A DNA stretch of 55,119 bases from a virus (IMGVR_UViG_3300045922_000467:1-55119); one strand, 5' to 3'. Numbered from the stretch's first letter, positions 29,301 through 39,304 are shown. The notes: generated by a model from the letters alone, not told the origin. Program-made: numbers and translations.

Positions 29301-32300
29301 TCCAGTAGCAACAGCCCGCGAGCAGTGGGCTCGGTCGATGCCGGAGCGGGTCGAGCTCGACTTCGACGAGGTCATAGCCGAGACCCGAGACAGGTGGGTC
29401 CGCTATGTCGAGGCCAACAACGGCAGGGTGACCGAGGAGCAGGCCGAAACATGGCTTTCGGCCAACGAAGAGGATGTTGTCGCGCCGATGCTCACTCGCA
29501 CGGCCAAGGAGGACGTCATCGACCTGATGGAAGATGCCGACTCGGTGGCAAACCGGGGGCAGTTCGCCAACCTGATTCCAGAGCTGGTAGCCACAGCGTT
29601 CTTCAATTCGGATGCCAATATCCGAGCTGAGGTCAACCGTCTGCGTGACTATCTAAAGTCGCTGCTCTCGGTGCCCGCCGACCGATGGAAGGTCGACATG
29701 ATCTCCCGGGAGATCATCCAGGAGATCAGCACCAACGCTCGCACAGCGCGATCCAAGGGCGTGACCGCGCCGTGGTGGCAATGGCTCAAGGACACCGGGT
29801 TCGACCAGGGCATCAAGGTTCTCACGATGCCGAGCGGGCTGACCGAGCAGGAGAAGGCCGGGTTTACCAAGGTTCAGAAACTCGACGACTCCGACGTTGT
29901 CAGCCAGGGCGGGCGCTTCCGGGTGGCGGACGGCAAGCCGGCGGAGCCTCTTCCCGTCGGGCGTTTGCGTATGGCGCTCAGCCGGTTTCTCTCCAGACTG
30001 CAGGTCAAGCCCAAGGTCATGGTCTATCGCAATCTGCTGGACTTCCAGCAGCGAAATCCAGGTCTCTATGCTCAGGCAGTCGCTGCGCGGCCGGAGGGTG
30101 ACTTCGCTGCGACTGCGGCAGCCGGGTACAGCTTCGGTCCGAACGTTATCATTTTCTCCGACAACATCATGTCGACGGATCATCTGAACGCAGTGCTGGC
30201 CCATGAAGCAATTGGCCACTTCGGGCTGCGCTCGATACTCGCCCCGGCGCAACTCCGCCAGGCTCTGGAGCGTGTATATCGTGGCGACGCGCGCATCCGC
30301 GCAATGGTGGACAACGCCGTAGAGACCACCGGAGTCAGCCGTCTGGAAGCCACTGAGGAAGTGCTGGCGGACATGGCTGCGGTAACGGATGTTTCGGTGA
30401 TCCGCCGGATCTGGAACGCTGTAAAATCGGCGCTCAACAAGCTGGGTGTGAAGTTCGGAGATGAGCACGCACGCTACCTGATCGGCCTCGCCCGCCGGTA
30501 TGTGCGCAACGGCAGCTCCGGTCACCTGATTTCTGGCGACTTCATGGTGCAGACGTTTGAACAGATGCAGGCCGAGGCGAGGGGAATGTTCTCCCGGGCC
30601 AGGCCGGTCGGAGATCTTGCGTCAATGGCGTTCGCTGCAGGCTCCTACAACTACGCATCGTCGAGACAGAAGGGGCTCCTCGGTGCGATAGAGGCCCTCC
30701 AGAACATCAAAGACCGTGGCGTTGATCTGAAATATGCGGCGGCGCGGGGTCTCGAAGCGGTACAAACCCTCGACCAGAAGGCGCGGCGCAGCGAAGGACT
30801 CAGCCTGGTTTTCGACCTGGTTCAGCGCCAGGCGGCGTTCGCCAGCACTCTCCTGAACAAGTATCAGGGGATGACCGACACAATGCACGGCAAGCCCGGA
30901 GACCTTCTCAACATAAACAGACTGCCGTCGAGCATTGAGCAGGAAAACGCTGGCCGCCTGCTGGCCTACGCTGCGCTGCACAAACAACGCACAGTGACCG
31001 AAACGCAGATGGCTAACACCGGCAAGCTGCTGGTTGTGACACCGAATGGCCAGGTCGAAATCGACCAGACCGTGCTGGCGGCGCTGCGCAAACTAGGCAC
31101 GGTGACCGCCGAAGATTTCCGGAGAGGGTTCGACATCGAGGTTACGGTGCCGGGCGAGGAGGGCGCACCGCAGACTTTGAAGCGCGACCGGTTCCAGTAT
31201 GACGTCGATGAACGTTCGATGGAGTGGAAGATATACCAGGAAACCCGCGCTGCCATCGAAGAGGCTGCAGTGGACAGCCTGATGGCTGAGGTCCAGGCCT
31301 ATAACACCGACGCGGCCAACCTGCTCGACCGGCTCAACCGCGGTCGCTCAGGGAGTTCTCTGTTCACCATGGAAGACCGCAATCGTCTCTGGAGCGTGAT
31401 CGAGATTTACAGGAATATCAAGGCTCAGAACTCAAAGCGGTCGGGGACTGCGATCACTTATGACAACAGGTCAATCGCCGAGGCCGAAGAGTTTCTGATT
31501 TCCTGGGGGCGCGCTCTGTTCAACACCGAGGTGTTCAAAGTGTGGGATAGAGACCCCAGCGCCAGCAAACAGCTTGTGGACGACCACGGCAAGTACCGCG
31601 CGGCTGAGTTCGATGAAGCCCGGGCCGCGCTCATCGAGCTGCGCAAGCGGACGATCGACAAAGATACTTCGTTCAAGATCCAGAACCGCATCCGCGACCT
31701 GAACATGAACCAGGACCTGCTGCAGTCTGGTGAGAACGCTGCCAAGCGGACGATTGCTACGGCCTATGTGCCGTTCTCGCGGCGCGGGGACTGGCGGGTT
31801 CGCCTGGTGGCCAAAAGCAAGGACGGCGATGTCGTCAGACTGCACCAAAGCTTCCGGGATCTGCTGCCCTACTACCACGTTGACAGTAACAGCACTGCGA
31901 TCGACATGGCCAGGCAGCTGGACGAAACGTTCGACGGTCAGGAGTTCGACGTGCTCACGGAAGACGGCGGGCGCATCACAGTGACCTTGCAGGCGGAGTA
32001 TGAGAGCAACCCGCGCAGCCCCAATCTCGAAACCTCAGTCAATTTCCGGGAGTTCATCTACGCCCTGCAGAAGATGGATATCAACGTCACTCCGGAGATG
32101 CGCGAAAAGATCATCGAAACGATGACCACCCTGGACGACCGGGCTCGCAAAAGCTTGCAGCGCACCGGCGTGCCGGGGTGGGACAAGAACGTCATCCGCT
32201 CGGCGTCCGAGCATCTCGAAACTTCGGCGCACGTCTCTGCCAAAAAACTGTACCGGGGGCAGATCGACGACATTCTGCTCAACAGCAAGCTGTGGCTAGG

Positions 32301-34209
32301 GGACGAAAAACGCCTGGAGAGCCTGGCAGCAGCTGTTCAGACGGCGCGCACGCCCGGAGCCCGTGCTGCTGCACAGCGCGCATACGAAGAATATGCATTC
32401 AAGTATCTCTATATGGCGCCGGGCGGCCGGACTGTGACGATCGCTGGCAAGGAGATGCAAACTCTTGGCCGCGGAGAGGATTACAAAGAGTATGCCAAAG
32501 AGCTGCTCCGCTGGTACTCGGAGACCACTAACATCCAGAACTCCGTGGAAGACTATCTGTCAGGCGAGACCAGTTCGCGCCTCAAGATGATGGCCGTGAT
32601 GATGCAGCTGGGGGGCGTCGTAGCCGCAGCAGCCGTCAACCTCAGTTCGCTTATCACCAACACCGTTCCGTTTCTCGCAACGCGGAACGAGGCGCGCGGG
32701 TTCGGGGGCGGCTTCGGGTTCGGCAACGCATCGACGGCGCTGTGGAAAGCTGGGGTGGACGTCGGCCACGCTCGGTTCCAAGACCAGAAGTTCCTGCAGA
32801 AAATGATGGCTGAGGGCAGCTGGGGTGACTACGGACTGACCCGGGCAGAGGCGGCATATCTATATGAAGCCACTTTGAATAACCGGCTGGGAGCAGCGCA
32901 GATGAACGCGCTGATTGGCACGTCGCGCGGCAAGGTGCAGAGCCCGAGAACTCAGGCTGCCATCCAGGCGTGGATGTCGATGTTCTCCTTCACAGAGCAG
33001 TATACCCGGAGAGTGACTGCCCTGGCGTCCTACCGGCTGCAGATGCAGAGACTCGTGGCGGAGAATGACGAGCTGGCTCAACCAGGGCTGTCAGCGCAGA
33101 GACGCGACCAGATCATGGAGGAGATCGAGAAACAGGCGGCCACGTTCGCCGATGAGGCGGTTATCTCGTCTCAGGGCGAATATGGCATGTTCAATCGGCC
33201 ATCGATGGCGCGCGGGAACATCCTCCAGTACGTGTTCATGTACAAGCAGTTTCTCATCACGACTGTGCAGCTCCTGCGTAACATGCCCCCGTCGGGACGG
33301 GCGTACGCCCTCGGAGTCCTGTTTCTTGCTTCCGGGCTCAAGGGCATCCCGTTCGCTGACGACTTCATGGATCTGCTGGACACCCTGCTGCAGAAGTTCG
33401 GGTTCAAGATCGGCGGCGTCGAGAAGGAAATCTCCGAGTTCGTTGACGCGGTGGCGCCCGGAGTTACTCCAGTTGTGATGAGGGGCTTCATCGACCAGTT
33501 CACGGGAGCCACGGTGTCGACCCGATTGGGCTTCGGTGACCTGGTCCCTCTCACAGGCGCTTTCCGTGCTGGTGCGGATCCGGCGCGCGAGATGCTCGAC
33601 TTCTCCGGGCCGGTGTTCGGCGGGCTTACCCAGCTGGTCGGCACCGGCGCGCAGACGCTGCAGTACGCGGCTGAGAGCGTCGGCCTGGCACCTAACCGGA
33701 TATCCTTGTCGGACATCGCCAGGCAGTCTCCTGTGGCTCTGGCGAGGGCCTTGGGCGACGCCTACGTGTTCACCGGCACCGGGAAGATTATCAACAACCG
33801 GAACCAGGTTGTGTCGGACGATGCGAGTGCCGGGGTAATCTTCGCGCGTGCTCTGGGCTTCTACCCCGCCGCGGCGACCCGGATCAACGATGTGATCCGG
33901 ATGAGCAAGCGCGCCACTGAGTACCAGCGGGAAATCACCGCAGGGTATACCGCTGCCTACATCAAAGCGGTGGTGACCGGAGACGACGATCTCCGCCAAG
34001 ACATCGTTGACGCAGTGGCGAAGTGGAACGAAGCAGCTGAGGGGACTGGTCTGGAGCTGCGGAACTTTGGCCGCACGGCAGCGAGGGCTGCCCGCGAAGC
34101 GCAGCGACCGGCAGCCGCGCGGTATCTCCGCACGACGCCGATCGGAATGCGCCCCGAGACCATGGAGCTGCTGCGGGCCTATGGCTTGGAGGATGAAATC
34201 GAGTTCTAA
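26383..34209 (+). CDS. Giant internal virion protein, 2608 aa (large-polyvalent-protein-like; zincin motif; PLxRFG-like region)
   Basis: HEAIGH metallopeptidase motif; YVPFSRRGDW (PLxRFG-like); Pro/Ala/Lys repeats; last gene of the virion module. Confidence 0.85.
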   Translation: MADQLTIANPFLAMPGMSSGTPGVDQIFGLMDQQAAVSQRQQAGLLVGIANAPSPAAPRWEAAPAPAYFNPATNQLRLGGRDIDADDAQATLELANQPNTEPVDEGWQALSSQDLGVLVDSIRNPSTGRLVRKNFRLGAAGLKELYGAGLAYVGAGEAGRSIMDSARESQRRLSPFNRNLTDIGSSPEKRLTDWFVATLAQAGPSILESVAAGFVGAGAGLAVGGPAASIGGAIAGVFGRPAFKAAVIKAARKELAGETLDQAERQLLKNVAAVSAATLNTGRGAVPLATINRQAMLQGISRTGRDQALLGGALVGSSLNSYRTGVSDVYANQIEQGTEDRLIAGAYGVPYAALELLPEGAAALKLLGYIGRGSQQAGRAGLRTYAGRAAKGAAIGAGLEGVTEAGQEALVMGGAGEDILSDEGVLRLINSFAAGAAVGAPLGAAANLRGYNEVDALTMRNLGYEPSPPPDLDISVDLAGTPFNDPNYQVPAPSAPPVVPGVPLQPVSPTLFERAQQMAAAPTPPDFGVLSAGYRAAAQPAVDSAAPAPAAVAPAAAPAPAPAPATVAPAAVAPAAAPAKAPAKGNKLKRGAAAAATPAEPPAQQPAPAPAPAPAPAPAPAPAPAPATVAPAAAPPLASDIMSGILDLDGAAERAPNIWQMMRRQLGEGKVPEWNTLTEEEQDDFTVTIAETELDSNVAPIEQGRVYRAKVQEIVNARRSAPKPAATPAATPAATPAGKAKVQEAGKAAAPKAAAPKPAATPAGKAKVQEAGKAAAPKPAATPAATPAATPAATPAGKAKVQEAGKAAAPKPAATPAKSPEEIEDTLRKSVRLEDNVSAEEREYQQLAADALINAILNKQPMPERMAEIDADPEKQLNALSGIYGPDVVGIYLGILPIDVVNPQWVATRGFVDLEVTTNGGLQVRKWVRNEAGRRRYMELQKQLGKEAPVEPDPPKNPAPAAAPKAAPSKPVDPVATAREQWARSMPERVELDFDEVIAETRDRWVRYVEANNGRVTEEQAETWLSANEEDVVAPMLTRTAKEDVIDLMEDADSVANRGQFANLIPELVATAFFNSDANIRAEVNRLRDYLKSLLSVPADRWKVDMISREIIQEISTNARTARSKGVTAPWWQWLKDTGFDQGIKVLTMPSGLTEQEKAGFTKVQKLDDSDVVSQGGRFRVADGKPAEPLPVGRLRMALSRFLSRLQVKPKVMVYRNLLDFQQRNPGLYAQAVAARPEGDFAATAAAGYSFGPNVIIFSDNIMSTDHLNAVLAHEAIGHFGLRSILAPAQLRQALERVYRGDARIRAMVDNAVETTGVSRLEATEEVLADMAAVTDVSVIRRIWNAVKSALNKLGVKFGDEHARYLIGLARRYVRNGSSGHLISGDFMVQTFEQMQAEARGMFSRARPVGDLASMAFAAGSYNYASSRQKGLLGAIEALQNIKDRGVDLKYAAARGLEAVQTLDQKARRSEGLSLVFDLVQRQAAFASTLLNKYQGMTDTMHGKPGDLLNINRLPSSIEQENAGRLLAYAALHKQRTVTETQMANTGKLLVVTPNGQVEIDQTVLAALRKLGTVTAEDFRRGFDIEVTVPGEEGAPQTLKRDRFQYDVDERSMEWKIYQETRAAIEEAAVDSLMAEVQAYNTDAANLLDRLNRGRSGSSLFTMEDRNRLWSVIEIYRNIKAQNSKRSGTAITYDNRSIAEAEEFLISWGRALFNTEVFKVWDRDPSASKQLVDDHGKYRAAEFDEARAALIELRKRTIDKDTSFKIQNRIRDLNMNQDLLQSGENAAKRTIATAYVPFSRRGDWRVRLVAKSKDGDVVRLHQSFRDLLPYYHVDSNSTAIDMARQLDETFDGQEFDVLTEDGGRITVTLQAEYESNPRSPNLETSVNFREFIYALQKMDINVTPEMREKIIETMTTLDDRARKSLQRTGVPGWDKNVIRSASEHLETSAHVSAKKLYRGQIDDILLNSKLWLGDEKRLESLAAAVQTARTPGARAAAQRAYEEYAFKYLYMAPGGRTVTIAGKEMQTLGRGEDYKEYAKELLRWYSETTNIQNSVEDYLSGETSSRLKMMAVMMQLGGVVAAAAVNLSSLITNTVPFLATRNEARGFGGGFGFGNASTALWKAGVDVGHARFQDQKFLQKMMAEGSWGDYGLTRAEAAYLYEATLNNRLGAAQMNALIGTSRGKVQSPRTQAAIQAWMSMFSFTEQYTRRVTALASYRLQMQRLVAENDELAQPGLSAQRRDQIMEEIEKQAATFADEAVISSQGEYGMFNRPSMARGNILQYVFMYKQFLITTVQLLRNMPPSGRAYALGVLFLASGLKGIPFADDFMDLLDTLLQKFGFKIGGVEKEISEFVDAVAPGVTPVVMRGFIDQFTGATVSTRLGFGDLVPLTGAFRAGADPAREMLDFSGPVFGGLTQLVGTGAQTLQYAAESVGLAPNRISLSDIARQSPVALARALGDAYVFTGTGKIINNRNQVVSDDASAGVIFARALGFYPAAATRINDVIRMSKRATEYQREITAGYTAAYIKAVVTGDDDLRQDIVDAVAKWNEAAEGTGLELRNFGRTAARAAREAQRPAAARYLRTTPIGMRPETMELLRAYGLEDEIEF

Positions 34210-34442
34210 TGAACGATTACCGGCACGAAACTCGTGACGTCCACAGTCCACCACATACCGTTTGCGTCTGGACCAGCCACGATAACGGCAGCTGTATGAA
34301 CCGGGGGGTCCCCCGGCTGCCGGCCTTCCAATAGGTCCACATCAGGTTCGCTGAAAGCGTTGACGATAGGCACTCTTTGCCCGTCGGTCAGCATTATTTC
34401 GAGTTTCCCCCAGTCCACGATATCCACGTCAAGGGCGCTCAT
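34206..34442 (-). CDS. Hypothetical protein, 78 aa
   Basis: ATGA coupling with the upstream gene; 'IVAGPDANGMWW'. Confidence 0.65.
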   Translation of the reverse strand: MSALDVDIVDWGKLEIMLTDGQRVPIVNAFSEPDVDLLEGRQPGDPPVHTAAVIVAGPDANGMWWTVDVTSFVPVIVH

Positions 34443-34780
34443 CGAGCCAGCCCCCGGCAAAAGGCTGCCCGGCGGGTGTCCCGGTCGGCGTTCTTCCGGT
34501 CACCCTTTACAGCGTGGCGCTTGGCGTGCATCTCGAACCACTCCGCGGCTAGTTTCAAGCGGCTTTCGGCGTCGTCGAGCCGCGCCGCCAGAACTACCAT
34601 CTCGTCAAACAACCGTTTGTTTTGCCGGGACAGATGAGCATATTCTTCGTGCGCAGGGTTGCGTCCCACCAGGCGGCTTTCGGCAAGAGATACAAGGTTT
34701 TCCCTGGCTAGGTCGATCGTCGGCGGCAGTGACTCGGTCTTGAGCGCGTGGACGATTTCATCGGTGATTGGGTATGACAT
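34439..34780 (-). CDS. Hypothetical protein, 113 aa, coiled coil
   Basis: GGAGAAC RBS before ATG 34780. Confidence 0.7.
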   Translation of the reverse strand: MSYPITDEIVHALKTESLPPTIDLARENLVSLAESRLVGRNPAHEEYAHLSRQNKRLFDEMVVLAARLDDAESRLKLAAEWFEMHAKRHAVKGDRKNADRDTRRAAFCRGLAR

Positions 34781-34790
34781 GGCTGTTCTC

Positions 34791-37682
34791 CTATTTGACG
34801 ACCGAGAGCTGCCCAAGAATCTTGTCCTCGAGAGCCGTTTCCCCGGGCTCGGTCGTAAGGTCTACCTCCAGCATGTGCCGGAGCCGGGAATTGTTGAGGT
34901 TCAGCACCACCACACAAACCTGCGGGAGCTTCACCGGGGTGTTCTTGGTCAACGTGGCCTTGCCACTGGCAGGGGTGCAGACGGCGCCGGCCATGGCCAT
35001 CGTGTCGACAACACCCTTGATATCAAACCCCTTGTAGGCCAGCCATCTGCGGAGGTGGTTGCGATCGATCATCACGGTACCGCGATCAAACGGGGCCTGC
35101 ATGTCTTTGCGGTGGAGGTCGATGCGGACCCGGATCTCTCCGCGGGGGATCCGGTTCGGGTCATATGATGGCTTCCCTCTGTCAGTGTGCGTCAGCGTGA
35201 CCGTGCAGCCGGCGTGCTCCACCAGATATTCGGTCACCAGATCGAAGGCATCGAGCGTCTGGTCGATGACAACGGTTCGGTTGCGCCGGACATTCTCAAG
35301 AACAAGTTTCACAGCCGGTTCCGGCCGTACAAGGGTGAGCCCCCAATCATAGGCCAGCCGGCCGGCGAGATCCGAAAGCACGGCGATGGACTCCCAATAC
35401 CGCTCCTCGCCAGCGAACTGAAAGTGGTACCTGGCTCGGAACGTGTCGAAGGCATCCGCGACCACAGCCTTCACGCCGCTCGGCCCGAGCTCCAGCAGAC
35501 GCCGCACGAACTCCGGACCGATATGGCCGTAGTGCTCGTTGATGGCTTTGTAGAGCTCGCGTCCGCCGGTGCTGTTCCCCTCGAAGATTTTTTTCCGCTC
35601 TACCGGGAGCTCGAGAACACGCACCCGCTGGGCCCCATACTCCTGCCCACTGGTCAGCAACTTCGACCCGAAAGACCCGTTCATGGATGCGATCATGAAC
35701 ATGCACCACTCCCGGGCGGTCTTCTCCTCGGAGTTTCTCCCAAGGCGGGCCTTGTCTCGCCCCTGAGTAACCATATAGACCAGCTCCCCGGCGTCGCGGG
35801 GGTCAAGGATGGTTGCCTCGTCGATCGTCACCGGCAGGTTGTTGCACATGCCCATCCGGCCGAACAACGCGTTCTGAGTGAACTTGGCAGCAAAGTGGAG
35901 CTTGCTCGGATCCCCCCAGATGCTTTGTGCCCACAGCTGTGCCAGGGTCTTGCCGGCCCCCGTGTCGCCGCACAGAACGATCAGCGCCCCTTTCAACCCA
36001 GTGAACGGCAGCAGGATGGATGCCAACGACGAGAGCCAGGTGAAATACTGCTCGGTGAGCCCCTGCGTCTGAAACAACTGTGTCAGGTTGATCTGCTTCT
36101 GACGGCCGCCGGCGGTGTGGTAGAGACCGCTGCCGACCGCGATAATCGTGCTCGACAACTGCACCTGCTGGTCGAATATGGTCCCATCCGGAGCGCGGGA
36201 TATTAGCCGGTCGCCGATCACGAACTGAGTGAAAGACTCCTTCCAGCCCATGGTGGAATATGAGTTTGTCAAAGTGCGGATCTTCCGCAAATTGTCCATG
36301 TACCCGCGCAGCATCATCTGGAAAGTTCTCGTCTGCTTCTCATTGAACAACACGATGCCTTGGTCGGCACAGCTTGAGCCGAACTCCCGAGCACCGTCGA
36401 CCAACAAGGCTTGGCGCAGTGTGAGCAGCTGCCATCCGACATGGGATCGATGCCAGCGAAAGCGGCACACCTCGTAGCCAAGACCTTCATCTCTGCCATA
36501 ACTCACCGGATAGATGTCGAAGGGAGTCACATCGACCGGGACATCTTCTATCACATATTTGATCCCCTCGGGAGTTCGCTTGAAGCCCCGAGGAAGTGGC
36601 ACAACCATCGCCTCCTGGTCGGGTGCATCAGCCGACGGAGCGATCTCCAGAAAGCTAACGCCAAGCCGTACGGGGGTAGTTATCTTGTCCTTGAACGGGC
36701 ACTTGTCGCAGCCCTTTGCCCTCGCTTGGTTGAACCTTTCACACGTTGCCGGCCCGGTGGTGCTGTCTTTCCATTGCTGCATTTTTCTCAGCGTCGCAGG
36801 ACGGCTGAACCCGGGGTGCTGGTCAGACCATGCGACAGCGACTCCCTCCGGGTCTGCCGTATATGCCGCGACACCGAGCATGGCGTACCACATTGGCTCG
36901 GGCACTTGGGCCTGGTTCTCCACCCCCCACCGGATCTGCTGGCACTTACTGACGATGGTCGCTGCATCCGCAGGCGGTCCAGTGAAAGGGACCTGCATCG
37001 CTGCATTGAGTGCCATGTTCCCGGAGAAGGCCGCCGGGGGGCCCGGGGCTCCTGCGGGGGTGTTAGGCTGCAGAGCAGATCGAACGGCCGCCACAGCCCG
37101 GCAAAACTCGACCACGGGTATATTGGGAGCGTCGGCGAGCAGCACCACCGGGGCGTTTCGTTTGAAGTTCATCGTACAGATCGGCCGGAGGACGCGCGAA
37201 CTGTCGGCTGTCACTGTCGGGTCGATGTGCAACTCGGCCTCGATCAACGCCGCCTTGAGCGCCTCGGCCAGCACCTGCCAGGCACTGCCGTCCAACTCCT
37301 GGTCAAGCACCCAGTAGCAGTGCAGGCCAGCGCCGGAGCCGACGACAATAGGCCGGGGGAAGCTGTGCTTGTGGAGAAAGCCGCCGAGAGCCCCAAGCCC
37401 TTCGCGCCACGTCGGATAGGGCTTGCCGGGGCCGCAGTCGATATCAGCCGCCATCGACCGCACCCACGCCACGTTCCCCTGCTTGCGATTCTCCTTGGTC
37501 TTGAAACTGGCCACCGAGAAATACGCATCGACGCCACCGTCGGAGATAGCCTTGGTAACCGCCGCCACATCAGCCACGGTGTCAACCATCAACTGGCGCG
37601 GGGCTCGGCCTTGCGGGATAGCCAGCGTGGCATAGAAGCCCGTTGCGGGAAGAACCCGCTGGAGGAAGCTGAACGTGTCCAT
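34791..37682 (-). CDS. Primase-helicase: RepB/AEP primase, Cys cluster, DUF927 P-loop helicase
   Basis: DID and SGAGLHCYW AEP motifs; C..F...CDKCPF; Walker A GDTGAGKT; Walker B VTIDE. Confidence 0.9.
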   Translation of the reverse strand: MDTFSFLQRVLPATGFYATLAIPQGRAPRQLMVDTVADVAAVTKAISDGGVDAYFSVASFKTKENRKQGNVAWVRSMAADIDCGPGKPYPTWREGLGALGGFLHKHSFPRPIVVGSGAGLHCYWVLDQELDGSAWQVLAEALKAALIEAELHIDPTVTADSSRVLRPICTMNFKRNAPVVLLADAPNIPVVEFCRAVAAVRSALQPNTPAGAPGPPAAFSGNMALNAAMQVPFTGPPADAATIVSKCQQIRWGVENQAQVPEPMWYAMLGVAAYTADPEGVAVAWSDQHPGFSRPATLRKMQQWKDSTTGPATCERFNQARAKGCDKCPFKDKITTPVRLGVSFLEIAPSADAPDQEAMVVPLPRGFKRTPEGIKYVIEDVPVDVTPFDIYPVSYGRDEGLGYEVCRFRWHRSHVGWQLLTLRQALLVDGAREFGSSCADQGIVLFNEKQTRTFQMMLRGYMDNLRKIRTLTNSYSTMGWKESFTQFVIGDRLISRAPDGTIFDQQVQLSSTIIAVGSGLYHTAGGRQKQINLTQLFQTQGLTEQYFTWLSSLASILLPFTGLKGALIVLCGDTGAGKTLAQLWAQSIWGDPSKLHFAAKFTQNALFGRMGMCNNLPVTIDEATILDPRDAGELVYMVTQGRDKARLGRNSEEKTAREWCMFMIASMNGSFGSKLLTSGQEYGAQRVRVLELPVERKKIFEGNSTGGRELYKAINEHYGHIGPEFVRRLLELGPSGVKAVVADAFDTFRARYHFQFAGEERYWESIAVLSDLAGRLAYDWGLTLVRPEPAVKLVLENVRRNRTVVIDQTLDAFDLVTEYLVEHAGCTVTLTHTDRGKPSYDPNRIPRGEIRVRIDLHRKDMQAPFDRGTVMIDRNHLRRWLAYKGFDIKGVVDTMAMAGAVCTPASGKATLTKNTPVKLPQVCVVVLNLNNSRLRHMLEVDLTTEPGETALEDKILGQLSVVK

Positions 37683-37693
37683 AGCGGTTCCGG

Positions 37694-37723
37694 GGTAGCG
37701 GAGGGTCTATACCCTCCGCTACC
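37694..37723. other. Perfect 13-bp inverted repeat just upstream of the primase start
   Basis: GGTAGCGGAGGGT-CTAT-ACCCTCCGCTACC. Confidence 0.85.
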
Positions 37724-37735
37724 TTGCATCGCAGG

Positions 37736-38020
37736 TCAATAGCGGGCGGCGAGATCGAGGAAGCGCTGCTGTCGCTCCCGGTCACCCATCTTCCGGATTT
37801 CCTCAGTAGGCCACTGAAAATCGCGGATCACGGCGCCCATCTTGGCGAGGGCTCGCCGGAGCTTCTCCTCATGGGTGTGCCGGGGGTTCCGATCGCCCCT
37901 CACCCAGGAGTAGTAGGTGACGCGGTGGACGCCAGCCAATGTCGCCACGGTAACCACCGACAGAAGCATTCGCTCCCGGATAGCCTCCAGTTTCTTGATA
38001 TCGATCGGCTCCCTCATCAC
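37736..38020 (-). CDS. XRE/Cro-like HTH DNA-binding protein
   Basis: 'LEAIRERMLLSVVTVATLAGVHRVTYYSWVRG'. Confidence 0.8.
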   Translation of the reverse strand: MMREPIDIKKLEAIRERMLLSVVTVATLAGVHRVTYYSWVRGDRNPRHTHEEKLRRALAKMGAVIRDFQWPTEEIRKMGDRERQQRFLDLAARY

Positions 38021-39093
38021 ACCGCTCCGCCAGGATTGAGGAGAGCCGCGATCTCTGCGGCCAGGCTCGAGCTGTTGCTGCTGACCACGACCGGCTCCGC
38101 GGTCTCCGCAGCCGGGGCCGGGGGCGGGGCCGGGATGTTGCTGCTGACCGCAGCGGGTGCGGGTGCGGGTGCGGGTGCGGGCGCCGCAGACGAAGCGCCA
38201 AATCCTGAGCGCCGCTTCGCCTTGGCCGGAGAAGCGGCAGGAGCAGGAGCAGGAGCGGGAGCAGGCGCCGCGGGCGGCACAACCGGCGCAGGCGGAGGGG
38301 CAAGCGTCGGCGGCACAACCGGCGCAGGCGGAGGGGCAAGCGTCGGCGGCACAACCGGCGCAGGCGCCGCGGGATCCGGAGCCCGGGTCACCGCGCGGAT
38401 AGCCTCGGGGTCCTGCATCACAGCATCAACCGCGGCCTGCTGCTCGGCACTCAGGTAACCACCAATCTGGAACTGCAGTTTCGGAAATGATGCCGACGGG
38501 TCGAAGGTCATCCTGGTGATGACGCATTGCACCGGGATGCCGTGCTGGTTCAACTGGCGGATATACTGACCAAGACCCTTGAGCGCCGCAGGAGTCACGT
38601 TCAGCAGGTAAATCCCCGCCGAAGGATCCTCCGGGCCTACCACGGCGAGCCGCTTGTGGTCCGAGCACGCCTTGAGCTGCTGGCCGGTGTCGGTCTGCTT
38701 GGAGCCCCACACATTCTGCGGACACCCGGCGCACGATGCGGCCTGCTTCATCGGGCTGTCCGGGTTCGGCACAATCCCGTTGTCCGAAGAACAATCCGGA
38801 GCAGCGGCCTCCTGATCGGGCGACCACCCCTGAGCGTACCAAGTCTTGGAAATGGCGGGGTTGGCCCCAACCACCACGACATCGAGGTGCAGCGTCGGGA
38901 CGAGAATCTCCTCCCCATGCTCGATGATGCGAAACCGGGCGCCCTTCAAACTGATGCGCGACGTGGACTCCCCACCAACGCCGGCCATAACCGCCGCAGA
39001 GAGTGAGGTGGGGTCGGAGACCGCCGCCGGCCCGATACGACCGACGAGGTGTGCCGGCACCTTAAGGCCGGTGTGGGTGACGATGTCGTTCAT
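38017..39093 (-). CDS. Conserved replication protein, ssDNA-binding or annealing-like, with Pro/Ala-rich tail
   Basis: RISLKGARFR, PDC.S..G..P, CAGCPQN..GS, ACS..KRLAV; position in the replication module. Confidence 0.7.
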   Translation of the reverse strand: MNDIVTHTGLKVPAHLVGRIGPAAVSDPTSLSAAVMAGVGGESTSRISLKGARFRIIEHGEEILVPTLHLDVVVVGANPAISKTWYAQGWSPDQEAAAPDCSSDNGIVPNPDSPMKQAASCAGCPQNVWGSKQTDTGQQLKACSDHKRLAVVGPEDPSAGIYLLNVTPAALKGLGQYIRQLNQHGIPVQCVITRMTFDPSASFPKLQFQIGGYLSAEQQAAVDAVMQDPEAIRAVTRAPDPAAPAPVVPPTLAPPPAPVVPPTLAPPPAPVVPPAAPAPAPAPAPAASPAKAKRRSGFGASSAAPAPAPAPAPAAVSSNIPAPPPAPAAETAEPVVVSSNSSSLAAEIAALLNPGGAV

Positions 39094-39114
39094 GATATGA
39101 TTCCTTCCTGGGGG

Positions 39115-39300
39115 TTACTTGGTTCCAACCATTGCCTCGCGGGCCTTCGTAGCGACGAAAACCTCCGTCAGCTCGTACTCGTCCTTGGCGATATACGTGC
39201 CGTAAAAACCGCGAACGATATAGCCGTTGGCGACTCGCTCGACTTCATAGTGTCGAGACGTCCGGGGCATATCCGCGCTGTCAGTGCGTGAGTTCGTCAT
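39115..39300 (-). CDS. Hypothetical protein, 61 aa
   Basis: GGAG RBS; 'VERVANGYIV' motif. Confidence 0.65.
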   Translation of the reverse strand: MTNSRTDSADMPRTSRHYEVERVANGYIVRGFYGTYIAKDEYELTEVFVATKAREAMVGTK

Positions 39301-39304
39301 GTGC

